Origin: Carcharhinus longimanus
Lineage: Eukaryota
NCBI GenBank assembly: GCA_030264375.1
Contig: JASCQW010000081.1
Location: 40,264,246 to 40,328,245, forward strand
Direction of reading: 5' to 3'
DNA length: 64,000 nucleotides
This document shows positions 1-9,904 of this stretch, piece by piece (position 1 is the first letter of the stretch; every line of letters begins with the position of its first letter). A program made the translations under genes and the position numbers. The notes under the pieces were generated by a model, which was not told the origin of the DNA, searched no databases, and saw nothing but the letters and a program-made list of their open reading frames with translations.

Positions 1-330
1 CAGTCTGGCTGCTCTGGGGACCCTGTAATGCAGGCATTGATCTTTACTAATTCACTGTACTAAGCTTTATCAAGAAGGTACAATGAGAGCTTTCAATTTT
101 TAACCTGGTGACGTCTTTTACAAGCTAATGCAGAGATTGCATTTTTTTTCACCCTGCATATTAAGAAATCATATAATGACAGCTCTTTCAGCCTGGCTAG
201 AAGCTTCGCGTGATTTATGTTATTTCTCTGCACTTATTTCAATCACCTTGATTTTTAAGTACAAGTGAAAAGAGAATGTCAGTCACCTCTTACAAGCAAA
301 GTACTTAATGATTCGCCAGCTTAGTCCTTA
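1..330. promoter_or_regulatory. Candidate conserved non-coding element (enhancer-like)
   Basis: Repeat-free sequence with retained CpGs (tgacgtc, ttcgcgtg) and a PBX-HOX-type TGATTTAT at 211-218. Conservation not tested. Confidence 0.35.
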
Positions 331-1304
331 TGGCCAAAATGCCTGGTCAAGCAAATCCACTGCCTACTTGTTTCCCAAGTGTCAATCAAAAGCCACCTTT
401 AAACCCTACCCGCTCCAAGCCCCAACTCTGTTCAGGGACAGGGAAACATTTTAGAACATTGTATACAAATGCAGGCTAATCCCAGATTATTCTTTTATGA
501 TTTTGCATACTAAAATGCAGCAAATTTATTTTAACCTGATAAATTATGTTTTACTGGAAGAATCCATGCCACCTGTGACAATTTTGGTCATGACCATATC
601 ATTAGTAAAACGCTTAACAACATTTTCTAGCAATAAAGAAAATGTTGAACTTTAATGCATAAGTATAACTTGTTCTCCTTTCTTCACCCTTCCTCCCAAA
701 AAACATTACTAAATCACAATTAAAAAACTGCATTTGTGGCATAAACCTGAAAAGCCACATGGATACTGAGCAGAGGTAAGATCTGAAACCAGATATTGAC
801 ATGTGCATCCCTAATTGAAACATATCTGAGAACAGTGAATAACCAACCATGCTACTTCACTTCAAGTGCACACTCCACTCAACCCATCAAGTGTTCCTGT
901 CTTCCCACCTGTAATCGAGGCAGAAAGCTTTGCCAAATGTCAGAAATGAATTGCAGTTTGATTACTGGTTACTGTGAACCAAATCCTACCTTGTCCCTCC
1001 TTGCCCTTCTTAAAAAAGTGAGAAAATCAAGAGGCAAAATTGTTGAAGTTCTGTTCTCTGAATTTATAACAAGCTATATTGAGCAGAATGTTAACATCAT
1101 AAGATTTGAAAATNNNNNNNNNNACAGTGAGAAAATGTCAGAAGGATTGCTGTTTTCTATTATCTAGTTAGCACATACAAATCTTTTGAACTAGCATTTG
1201 ACTCTTGACTACTTTCAATACAAACATTCCAGGACATCATCAAATGGCAACCTCCCTCCTGTACAATTAGTGACTCATTGTTGATCTGCTAATGTATATA
1301 ACAC

Positions 1305-1680
1305 AAAGAAAGAACTTGCAATTATAGCTTGTCTATCCTAACCTCAGGATGTCCTAAGGTGTTTTACAGTCAACACAGTACTTTTTAAATGTAATTACCA
1401 CTGTAATATAGGAAACACAGCAGCCAATTTGTGCACAGCATGGTTTCACAAACAGCAATGAAATAAATAACTGGATCATCTGTTTTTAGGTGTTGGCTGA
1501 GAGATAAATGTTGGCTTGAACACCAGGGAGATCTCAATGCTCTTCCGTGAATTCTGCAGTGGGATATTTTAGATCCATTTAGGGGGGCAAATAGGATGGC
1601 TGTTTAACATCTCATCTAATGCCTGAACTTGAGTTTCTGACTCAGAAGTAAGAATGCTACCCCTCAGCAAAGGCTGACAC
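1305..1680 (-). mobile_element. SacSINE1-like Deu-domain SINE, near full length, diverged
   Basis: The reverse strand starts gtgtcagcctttgctgaggggtagcattcttacttctgagtcagaa (tRNA-like head), carries tgtgcacaaattggctgctgtgtttcct and ends gctataattgcaagttctttctttg. It is colinear with the copy at 24280-24675. Confidence 0.8.
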
Positions 1681-2110
1681 TCAATCGTACTGAAATAGGA
1701 GGATGGTAAAGTATATAACATTTCAAGATCAACATGAATAATCACTGCTGAGCATTAACCAGCAAAGGAACTGAAGCGCTGAATTATAAAGCAAAAATTC
1801 TAGAGAATAAATTGAAAAAAAATCTTGCTGAAACTGAACAGTGCCAGTTTTAAGAGTCAGCAGAGGGATTTGATATGCATTTTCCTATGAATGCAAAATG
1901 TTCTGGATGATAGCAATCTGCAAATCAAGACAGAAAATGTTGGAAATACTCAGTGCACTAGGTAGTAACTGTAGAGAGAGAAACAGAGTTAATGTTTCAG
2001 TTAGTGATCTTTCATCAAAAATTGCAAAGTTAGAAATATAACAGGTTTTAAGCAAGTACACAGGACAGAATGGAAGGAAGGAAGGACAAAAGGAAAGGTC
2101 TAAAGATGGG

Positions 2111-2405
2111 AAGTTTATTTATTGTGTCATAAGTAGGCTTACATTAACACTGCAACGAAATTACTGTGAAAATCCCTGCGTCGCCACACTCCGGCACCTG
2201 TTCAGGTACACAGAGGGAGAATTTAGCATGGCCAATGCACCTAACCAGCACGTCTTTCGGACTGTAGGAGGAAAACGGAGCACCCAGAGGAAACCCATGC
2301 AGATGTGGGGAGAATGTACAGACTCCACAAAGACAATGACCCAAGCCAGGAATTGAACCTGGGTCCCTGGCACTGTGAGGCAGATGTGCTAACCACTGTG
2401 CCACC
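2111..2405 (-). mobile_element. HE1-type V-SINE, tail type A (non-CR1 tail)
   Basis: The reverse strand has A box ggtggcacagtggttagc, B box ggttcaattcc, V-domain core gggtttcctctgggtgctccgttttcctcc, and tail ttttcacagta...tacttatgacacaataaataaac. Confidence 0.92.
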
Positions 2406-3011
2406 TTCAAAAGGATGGAGAGATTGCAGGAATAATAAGATAATGAAGCAAGGCAAAAGTTGGTTGGATGAGGGAGGAAAAGGTGGATGGGACACAGAAA
2501 ACAAGATGGATCTACAGGAGGTACAGGTTGGAATAGCAGAATCATTGCTTCCTGCTGCTGCTATCCAAAAAAAAATGTGGTCAGGGGTATTGATCTGAAA
2601 TTGTTGAACTCAAATGTTAAGTCCAGAAGGTTGTAATGTGCCTAAATGAAAGATGAAATGCTATTCCACCAGCTTATGCAGAGTTTTAGTGGAGAAGTAT
2701 AGGAAGCCAAGGACAGCAAGGTAGAGAATTAAAATGATGACCAACAGGCAGCTTAGGGTCACATTTGCAGACTGATTGCAGATATTCTGCAAAGTAATCA
2801 TTCAACCTCTGGTTTCCACAGTGCACAGAAGGGTGCATTGTGAACAGCAAATGCAGCATACCACATTGAAAAAAGCAAGTGCATCACCATTCCACTTGGA
2901 AGGAGTTCTGGATCCTATTTAGTATGCTGTGGCGTTGCCGGTGTTGGACTGGGGTAGGCACAGAAAGAAGTCTCACAACACCAAGTTAAAGTCCAACAGG
3001 TTTATTTGGTA

Positions 3012-3049
3012 ACACAAGCTTTCAAAGCACTTCTCCTTCATCAGGTGAG
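3012..3049 (-). ncRNA. Minimal hammerhead ribozyme motif (PLE-associated)
   Basis: Reverse strand: ctcac-CTGATGA-a-ggag-aagtg-cttt-GAAA-gc-TT-gtg. Helix I is cac/gtg; stem II depends on G-U pairs. Confidence 0.6.
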
Positions 3050-3324
3050 CGGGAGTTGGGTTCACAAACAGGGCATTTTTGATACAGACTCAATTACAAG
3101 ATAATGGTTAGAATGCGAGTCTTAACAGGTAATCAAGTCTTTACACATGCAATGCCTTGTCCTGCCTTAGACAATTCATGCCTCTTTAATCTGTGCTTAA
3201 CCCTCTTTCCACTTGCATTGTCTTCACCTGTAAAGACCTGATTACCTGTTAAGACTCGCATTCCAACCATTACCTGGTAATTGAGTCTGTGTCCGTATAT
3301 GCCCTGTTTGTGAACCCAACTCCC

Positions 3325-3363
3325 ACTCATCTGATGAAGAGGCAGCGCTCCGAAAGCTCGTGC
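3325..3363 (+). ncRNA. Minimal hammerhead ribozyme motif (PLE-associated)
   Basis: actcat-CTGATGA(3331-3337)-a-gaggc-agc-gctcc-GAAA-gc-TC-gtg. The core is intact and stem II is partly mismatched. Confidence 0.65.
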
Positions 3364-3989
3364 TACCAAATAAACCTGTTGGACTTTAACCAGGTGTTGT
3401 GAGACTTCCTGCTGAGTGAAAAGAAGGGAGGTCAAAGGGTGGGTGGTGCAGTGTTGAATCCCATTTGCTTTGGAATGGGAGTGGGTGCTGGGGTGACTGG
3501 GCCAGAGTGGAGAGAATGGTCCCATTAAAATGCCAAGAGAGGGAAAAGGAAAAATGTGTTTGGTAATGGCAGTTGTAATACAGCATAATCAATTGATTGT
3601 GGATGCTGGTATCAAGGAAGGTGAGAATAAGGTTCTGGAATGGAAATGAAGGGGCGACAGCAGAAGTGCAGAAGATAGAACAGACTTGGTCAAGGGTCCT
3701 GTCATTCAAAGTGAATCATTCTTCACTTGAGGAAAAAGGAAGAGATATCAGAAGCATTGGTATGGATTGGTAGCACCATTAGCAGAGATGTGATAGAGAT
3801 GGTGAAACTGGGAAAATGGATAAAGTCCTTACAAGAAATGGGTAGGAATGGGTGTAGAGATGTTGCCAAAGTAGCTGTCAACTCAGTGAACCTTCAGTGA
3901 ATCTTGGTCAATTAACTGTTCCCAGAAATGAAAGCAAAGAAGTCAAGTCGAGGAAGGAAGGAGTCAGAGATGGACCACATATTGCCTAT

Positions 3990-4560
3990 TATTGTTGGTA
4001 CCATTATTTGCTTGATTCCACTCTTACCACTCTGTCTGCAGATTGCGGGTCACTGGCAAAGCTTCCTTTCCCATCCTCCATGCCACTGCATCCAGAGTAC
4101 CCAAGGATCTATCTTAGTATCCTTGGCCCTTCCTGATCTACATGCTGCAATTCCCTACATCATCTATAGATCTGGGGTCAGCTGATGGCAACCAGCTTGA
4201 CATGTCTACCATTTCTGTTAATCCTATCACTATCTCTGCTTTCTGAATACTTGCCCTCCATCTTGGCTGAACTGCAATTTCATCCAGTTAACTGCTAGGA
4301 AGACCAAAACAATGATCTTTAGCCTTTGCCACTAACTGTACCATTGTCACCATTCCAATCTATTTCCATAACTTAACTGGGCTAAACTTTATGTCCTATT
4401 CAACCAAGAATTGAGCATCCTACAGATACTCTTTCCAAACAATAATCAACTACCACCTTTGCAAAGAGTTCCACCACCCTCAAGAACCACCTTGCTTCTC
4501 CAATTCCCTCTGCTCCTTCAAAATCTTTGATCTAATATTTCCTTCTTTGGCTCTGTGTTT
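3990..4560 (+). mobile_element. L2-clade LINE fragment (RT region and start of 3' UTR), heavily decayed
   Basis: Remnants V(P)QGSIL and FLIYML at about 4095-4147, and CNFIQLTARKTKTMIF (cf. NFLQLN..KTE.IVF) at about 4273-4320. ctaatatttccttctttggctctgtgt resembles the L2 3' UTR. Confidence 0.7.
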
Positions 4561-4561
4561 G

Positions 4562-6287
4562 AAACAATGAAGCCACTGTGACTGACACTGTTCCAGTTCA
4601 GGTTTACAAGGCTGGAGGTCAATATCTGGATAAGAATATCACTGAAATTCTCAGATAAATGTGGGAGCAAGGAACGATCCCACAATAATACAAATATGCT
4701 TCCATAAACTGCCTGTACAAGCAGAAAGTACCTCACAAATCTTGTGACAATCATAGGGGAATCTCACTCCTCTCCATCACTAGTGAGATCTTAGCCAGAG
4801 TCCTTATAAATCACTTAGTGCAATATCTCAACCAGGGTCTGCTGCCAGATAATTGGTGCAGTTTCAGAAAAGGTCAAGGAACCACTGATACAATGTCTGC
4901 AGTTAGACAGCTATAGAAGAAAATGCCAAAAACAGAACATGGGCTCTTAATCACATTTGTTGGCCTGCTGAAGGCATTTGACACAGTCAACCATGAGGGC
5001 CTTAGGTAACAGAGAAATTTGGCTGCTGAGAAATTTATCACAATGGTTCGGCAATTACAAGCACGCTCACGTCCTGGATGTTGGTGAGTCTTCTGACCTA
5101 GTCTAGCGCTAATCCTCTTCAGCAAGTTTTTACTCTGACCTGCTCATTGTTGCCTACCATGATGGCAATCCTGACATTATAATCAGATATCGCTTGGATG
5201 GGATGCGTCTCAGTCTGAGACAACCCCAGGCAGAGACTAAGATCTCCAAGACAGACTTTGCAATTTCCTGTTTGCCAGTGATGGTGCACCAACTTCCAGT
5301 TCAGAGCTGGACATGCAGTGTAGCATGAACCTATTCACCAACACCTGACAAACTTCAGCCTTACAATCAACACAAAGAAAACTGAAATAATGTACCAGCC
5401 TAATGTACTAGGGAAAAGCCCTGATTCAAGTTCAAGATTTCAATCCATGATCAGAACTTGTCAGCAGTAGATTAGAATCATAGAATCCCTACTGTGCATT
5501 AGCTCACTGATCTTGACAGCACGCTCTCTTGAGCTGTCAATATTGACGAGGAGACACATGCAAGAATTGCCAAAGCAAGCGTAGCCTTCATAAGATTTTC
5601 AACAACAGTCTGCGAACGAGTAAGAGTAAATTTGCCTTCCAAACTGAAAGGCTGTACAGCAATAATCCTAGTCCTGCCCACTCTGCATGTGAGACTTGAA
5701 CTGTGTACCAGCATTATGCCACAATGCCACATAGCTCAACTAGTTTCACTAAAACTGCTTTTGAAAGCTTCCAAAGATCCATCAGCAAGACAAAATGCCA
5801 GGTGCTCACCCGGGCAGGCATGCCAAGCATGCACGCCATATTGAGATAGTCACAACTGAGTTGGGCTAGGCATGTAGTCAGAAACCTAACAGTTGCTTAC
5901 CAAAGTGAATCTTCTTTGCAGAGTTTGAGTGTGGGGACTATTCTCATGGCGCTCGGAGGAAATGCTACCAGGACATTCTGAAACTTCACCTGGAATTTTG
6001 ATATTAACTTTTGAATCCTGGGAGAAGCACGCCCAGGTATGCTGCACCGGACACAACCAAATAAAAAATGGTGCAGCCTCCTTCAAAAACAAATGCAAAT
6101 TAGAGGCTCAGAGAAAACACTGGAAGAGGAAATTCCAAGCCAGTAACTCATCCAAAATTCAATCGCCTGCAGTCTCTTGAGCTATTTGCAGCAGAGCCTT
6201 CCAGGTACAAATGGGCCGTAACAGTTGCCTACATACCCACCAGAACCCTACCATACACATCAGATGATGAACATGGTGATCTTCACC
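4562..6287 (+). mobile_element. RTE-clade LINE, 5'-truncated and decayed
   Basis: SCDNHRGISLLSI (4740-4778), TFVGLLKAFDTVN (4953-4991), FLFASDGA (decayed FADD, about 5265-5288), AVNIDEETHARIAKASVAF (about 5533-5590), a QSQLRWAGHV-like stretch at about 5845-5877, and a decayed C-terminal zinc-finger region at about 6180-6240. Confidence 0.9.
5473..5498 (-). mobile_element. 26-bp HE1/CR1 3'-tail micro-insertion inside the RTE
   Basis: tagaatcatagaatccctactgtgca is the reverse complement of the tail ending the SINEs at 42288 and 46829. It is flanked by ATTAG at 5471-5475 and 5498-5502. Confidence 0.75.
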
Positions 6288-6362
6288 TTAATTACACTCG
6301 TGTAGAGCCTTGGAATGATTGTCTACATTAAATGTGCTACATAAATTCAGGTTGTTGTTGTA
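6288..6362 (+). mobile_element. L2 3' terminus (continuation of 3990-4560 after the RTE insertion)
   Basis: tgtagagccttggaatg...aaatgtgctacataaattcaggttgttgttg resembles the L2 terminal stem-loop followed by a (TTG)n tail. Confidence 0.65.
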
Positions 6363-7315
6363 ACGATCAGAAGTTTGCTGGAATATGCTGTCCAAAGAAA
6401 CTGAAGAGTGGCTCTGTGATCATAAACTGGGATAGAATAGAAACGAGAACTATTCTGCTCCTTATACTGAAGATTAAATCAGACATTAATATATTACTGG
6501 GCTATTTTATCCTTCTGATTTGTTCAAAAAAACGCAACTGGGAACAGATCCAGATTGATTGGGATTATGCTTGTGGCTGCACTGAGTTACACTAATATTC
6601 CAATTAATTAGTTAGTGGAGAAAAAAATTGCTTAACTGCTAAGTATGATACTATATTGTAATTACAGGTCTAAATTTCAATGACTATACTGAGTGATTTT
6701 GTGGTCAACAGAAGTGCTTATATGGTCAGCTAGCAAAAACACAGGCATATTCCTTCTGTTAAACAAGAGAAAAGTGGGTTGCTTTTTTTTTAAAATAGAA
6801 AGGAACGCGGTTTGATTTTTGTTTCAAAGAAACTGCGCAGAGACCGCAGTTTGCTGTTGTCTTCCCCTATTGTGGCTGAGGACTCATAATTCAAACCATA
6901 CTGAGCTGTAAACTGCCACGTTTCCAAGCCCAGCATTCCACTCTAATCTCCACACTGCCATATACTATTCCATATGCAGTGTTAGGTGTAAGGTCTTCAT
7001 TTAGGGCAATCATTCCCCCCGTGGGCACTGCTTAGATACAATGCAGAAGGCAGACTTTGTGGCAGCTGAGATGATTAGACCGACCCTGCATGAAAACGCT
7101 CTGTACAGTGCTTCCATCTCAAAGAAATTTGATCACTTTACTGCATTATATACCGCTTAAGCCAGAACTACTGGCAGTCACGCAGCAGTTCATATACCAT
7201 TGCTGCCACATACACAAAAAGGAACCCATATTCATTTAAAAATCCACTGTGTTTAATGGCAGTTTCTACATAATACAAACCCTCAACATTGAGCCAGGCT
7301 CACCAAAGACAAATG

Positions 7316-7319
<4 letters not shown>

Positions 7320-7346
<27 letters not shown>
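7320..7346. repeat. (TG)n microsatellite running into an assembly gap
   Basis: Seen directly. Confidence 0.95.
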
Positions 7347-7672
7347 NNNNNNNNNNNNNNNNNNNNNNNNNNNNNNNNNNNNNNNNNNNNNNNNNNNNNN
7401 NNNNNNNNNNNNNNNNNNNNNNNNNNNNNNNNNNNNNNNNNNNNNNNNNNNNNNNNNNNNNNNNNNNNNNNNNNNNNNNNNNNNNNNNNNNNNNNNNNNN
7501 NNNNNNNNNNNNNNNNNNNNNNNNNNNNNNNNNNNNNNNNNNNNNNNNNNNNNNNNNNNNNNNNNNNNNNNNNNNNNNNNNNNNNNNNNNNNNNNNNNNN
7601 NNNNNNNNNNNNNNNNNNNNNNNNNNNNNNNNNNNNNNNNNNNNNNNNNNNNNNNNNNNNNNNNNNNNNNNN
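7347..7672. other. Assembly gap (others at 1114-1123, 16965-17064, 18629-18766, 38136-38347, 42767-42866, 47789-47798, 48121-48160)
   Basis: Runs of N. Two are exactly 100 N, the usual placeholder for unknown size. Confidence 0.99.
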
Positions 7673-7858
7673 GAAAGAGGGAGATTTTATCCGAAGTACG
7701 GCGGGGTGGGGGGATGGGGGGGGGGGGGGGGGCGCTGCCCATGTCAAACATTTTATAGCATGGGCAATATATCATCTGTTTCAATATAGGTACACGACCA
7801 ATTATGGTGCCTGCCCACCCCAATCTTAAATATTGAGCCAGGCTGACCAAAGACAAGT

Positions 7859-8426
7859 GGGCTGAATGTTACCACGGGTGGGGTGGGGTGGGGTGGGGTG
7901 GTGTGCACAATCCCATTTTATCAGCAGCAGGGAAGGTGAAGGACAGCCCTCCAATCCAAAAGGTCAATAGAGACACTTAGGTGGATAAATTAAGGATCTC
8001 TTCACACTGCCAGTAGCATTTACAACAGCAGGTGGACCCCTCACTACACCACATGAGGAGAATGTCAGGTCAACCATGACAGCCTCTCCTGGGCTCAAGT
8101 GGGAGGGGCCTCCTTTCACCCACCCTTTGACCCATGATGAGAACACCAGCACCACCCTCCTCACTGGAGCCTTATCAAACTAATCCCAGCAGACCCAGAC
8201 CTCACTTACCCTGTTAGGAGGGCAGCACGTTTCCGTGGCATCTGCTTCTTTAAGGCACAGTCCCACTCACTCCAATTGATCAGCAGCTCGTCGGGGTGGG
8301 TGGCTGCCTTAGCCACAACTAATTTGTTAGCTGGCCCCATCACTAGGAGTTCTGCAAATGGCCAATGTGGGGTTTCCCCCCACTTTCCAGCCCATCATCC
8401 ACTACCACAAGAATAAAAATCAGCCC
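7859..8426. mobile_element. Non-autonomous DNA transposon (MITE, GGGC-ended, Harbinger-like)
   Basis: Ends gggctgaatgtt and aaaaatcagccc are imperfect inverted repeats. The interior is GC-rich with a (GGGGT)n run at about 7876-7901. No TSD resolved. Confidence 0.55.
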
Positions 8427-9511
8427 TCCCTGAGTGCACACGCTCAGGACTAACACCTATGTTTATTTGGTTGAAATGAGTAGCCTTGAGGTGAAGGTCT
8501 CTTCATGAACTCATATCATTATGGATGCTGACCGTCCCTCAAAATGGATATTATTTACACTTTGGAGTAAGGTGATGGAAGGATAGCTGCATGTCTGACA
8601 TTGGCTTCAATCCTGTCATGCAAAAACCCTTTAAGGAGCCAAAGTAGAATGGAGGTAACTGTCTTTGATCTAGGGGTTATTCAAGTTCCACTATAAATAC
8701 ACTGGTTGAGCTTGTTTGCAATGTCAGCATCAGTCATCTCATTATTCCCCCTTCTTGTGTCACAACCTTTCACTAACTTCCAGGAGTTAAGCTTGGATTA
8801 TTGCCACAGAAAATGCATGATATTCTTATTCACTAACCTGAAAATACCTAGCCAATGTGATCAGTTACAGGTATCCTGTGACAATATTGCCTTAGGAGGT
8901 AATTATGAAATGCTCCACAGCTTTGCATATGCTCTCCCTCTGTTGGGTATGTACTGACCTGCACTAATCCATTGCCAATAAACCGCAAGATGCAAAACAC
9001 TGGAGATCCTCGGGGTGTAAAACCAGATACCGTCCCCTGTCTGACATTGTGGATTAAAGTTATTCTAGGCATGGAAACAATATGGTTCAGTAAAAGGAAA
9101 CTGTTACTACCCTCAAGCAGTCTTTGCCCTGTAGCATAACAATACTTGCTTCAATGCACTGTATCCGCAAAATTAGCTGGCAACAGGTTTTGCACATGAA
9201 AAAAAACTACTTAAACAATTCTCCATTCCGAACACAAAGTTCTTTGCAATTCTAAACCTCTCAGTGATCTGCAGTGAGAGAGAAAATGATCAAACCACCA
9301 CCAGGGGCACTGTTGAAACCATGTAATCCATACAGCTGCATAAAGCCCAAAGTGAGTCCAACAACAGGACATCTGGATTTGACACATTGTGGATTTGACA
9401 CATTTTTAAATTGGTAGTATTTAATATAAATGTTGAGTAAAATGTAAGTGGCCCAAAACCAAGCCTTTGCACAAACACTAGCGATAACTCCCCTGTTCTT
9501 CAAAATCATAG

Positions 9512-9658
9512 AATGAAATCTCACAACACCAGGTCGAAGTCCAACAGGTTTATTTGGCAGCACTAGTTTTCGGAGCCTCAAGCTCCTTCATCAGGTCTGT
9601 GAGGACTTGTGTTCACAAACAGGGCACATAAAGACAAAATCAATTCATAAGATAACGG
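9512..9658 (-). mobile_element. Penelope terminal-repeat fragment with hammerhead motif
   Basis: Homologous to the left arm at 2967-3110. The reverse strand of 9561-9598 reads gac-CTGATGA-a-ggagc-ttgag-gctcc-GAAA-ac-TA-gtg. Confidence 0.85.
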
Positions 9659-9674
9659 CATCTCTGCATCATGG

Positions 9675-9890
9675 CTTCAAAATCATGCCATAGGAACTTT
9701 TACGTCCATCTGAAAGGGCAAGGCTTTGATTTAGTGTCTCATCTGAAAGACAGCATCTTCAACAATGCAGCGCTCCCTCAGCACTGCACTGGAGTGTCAG
9801 CTTATATTTTTGTGCTGAAGGTCTGGAAAGGGGTTGAAACTCACATCCTTCTGACTGAGAGGCAAGGATGGTACCAACTGGGTCATGGGT
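9675..9890 (-). mobile_element. SacSINE1-like Deu-SINE, 5' half
   Basis: Reverse strand gcctctcagtcagaaggatgtgagtttcaacccc...gctgacactccagtgcagtgctgagggagcgctgcattgt...cagatggacgtaaaag. Confidence 0.8.
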
Positions 9891-9904
9891 AATATGTTTA
9901 TGAT

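Larger units (their letters stand above)
2923..3409. mobile_element. Penelope-type terminal-repeat pair in inverted orientation
   Basis: About 2967-3155 is the reverse complement of about 3214-3408 (e.g. gaagtctcacaacacc...gtccaacaggtttatttggta versus taccaaataaacctgttggac...ggtgttgtgagacttc). Each arm has a CTGATGA...GAAA motif. Confidence 0.85.
1892..3980 (-). mobile_element. Old Penelope-like element (RT C-terminus, GIY-YIG endonuclease and terminal repeat), interrupted by two later insertions
   Basis: Minus-strand translation at 2811-2870 is FNVVCCICCSQCTLLCTVET, a decayed form of the GIY-YIG VYCIRC..CGLLYIGET motif. It continues RLNDYFAEYLQSVCKCDPKLPVGHHFNS and HFIFHLGTLQPSGLNI. ORF 3386-3709 contains DRTLDQVCSIFCTSAVAPSFP from the RT-EN linker. 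A decayed hammerhead lies at about 1985-2020. Stops and frameshifts are present. Confidence 0.85.

Noticed and set aside
2144-2598. ORFs with LPHSARDPGSIPGLGHCLCGVCTFS (also 29251, 46787, 51004)
   Set aside because: These are translations of HE1 SINEs, not genes.
7249-7856. Five long ORFs of 143-196 aa (and similar ones at 16915, 18549, 38076, 42646)
   Set aside because: They are open only because they read through N-gaps and (TG)n or G-runs.
9296-9312. CTCF-like ccaccaggggcactg (also about 26525-26541)
   Set aside because: Both have mismatches in core positions and cannot be supported without ChIP data.
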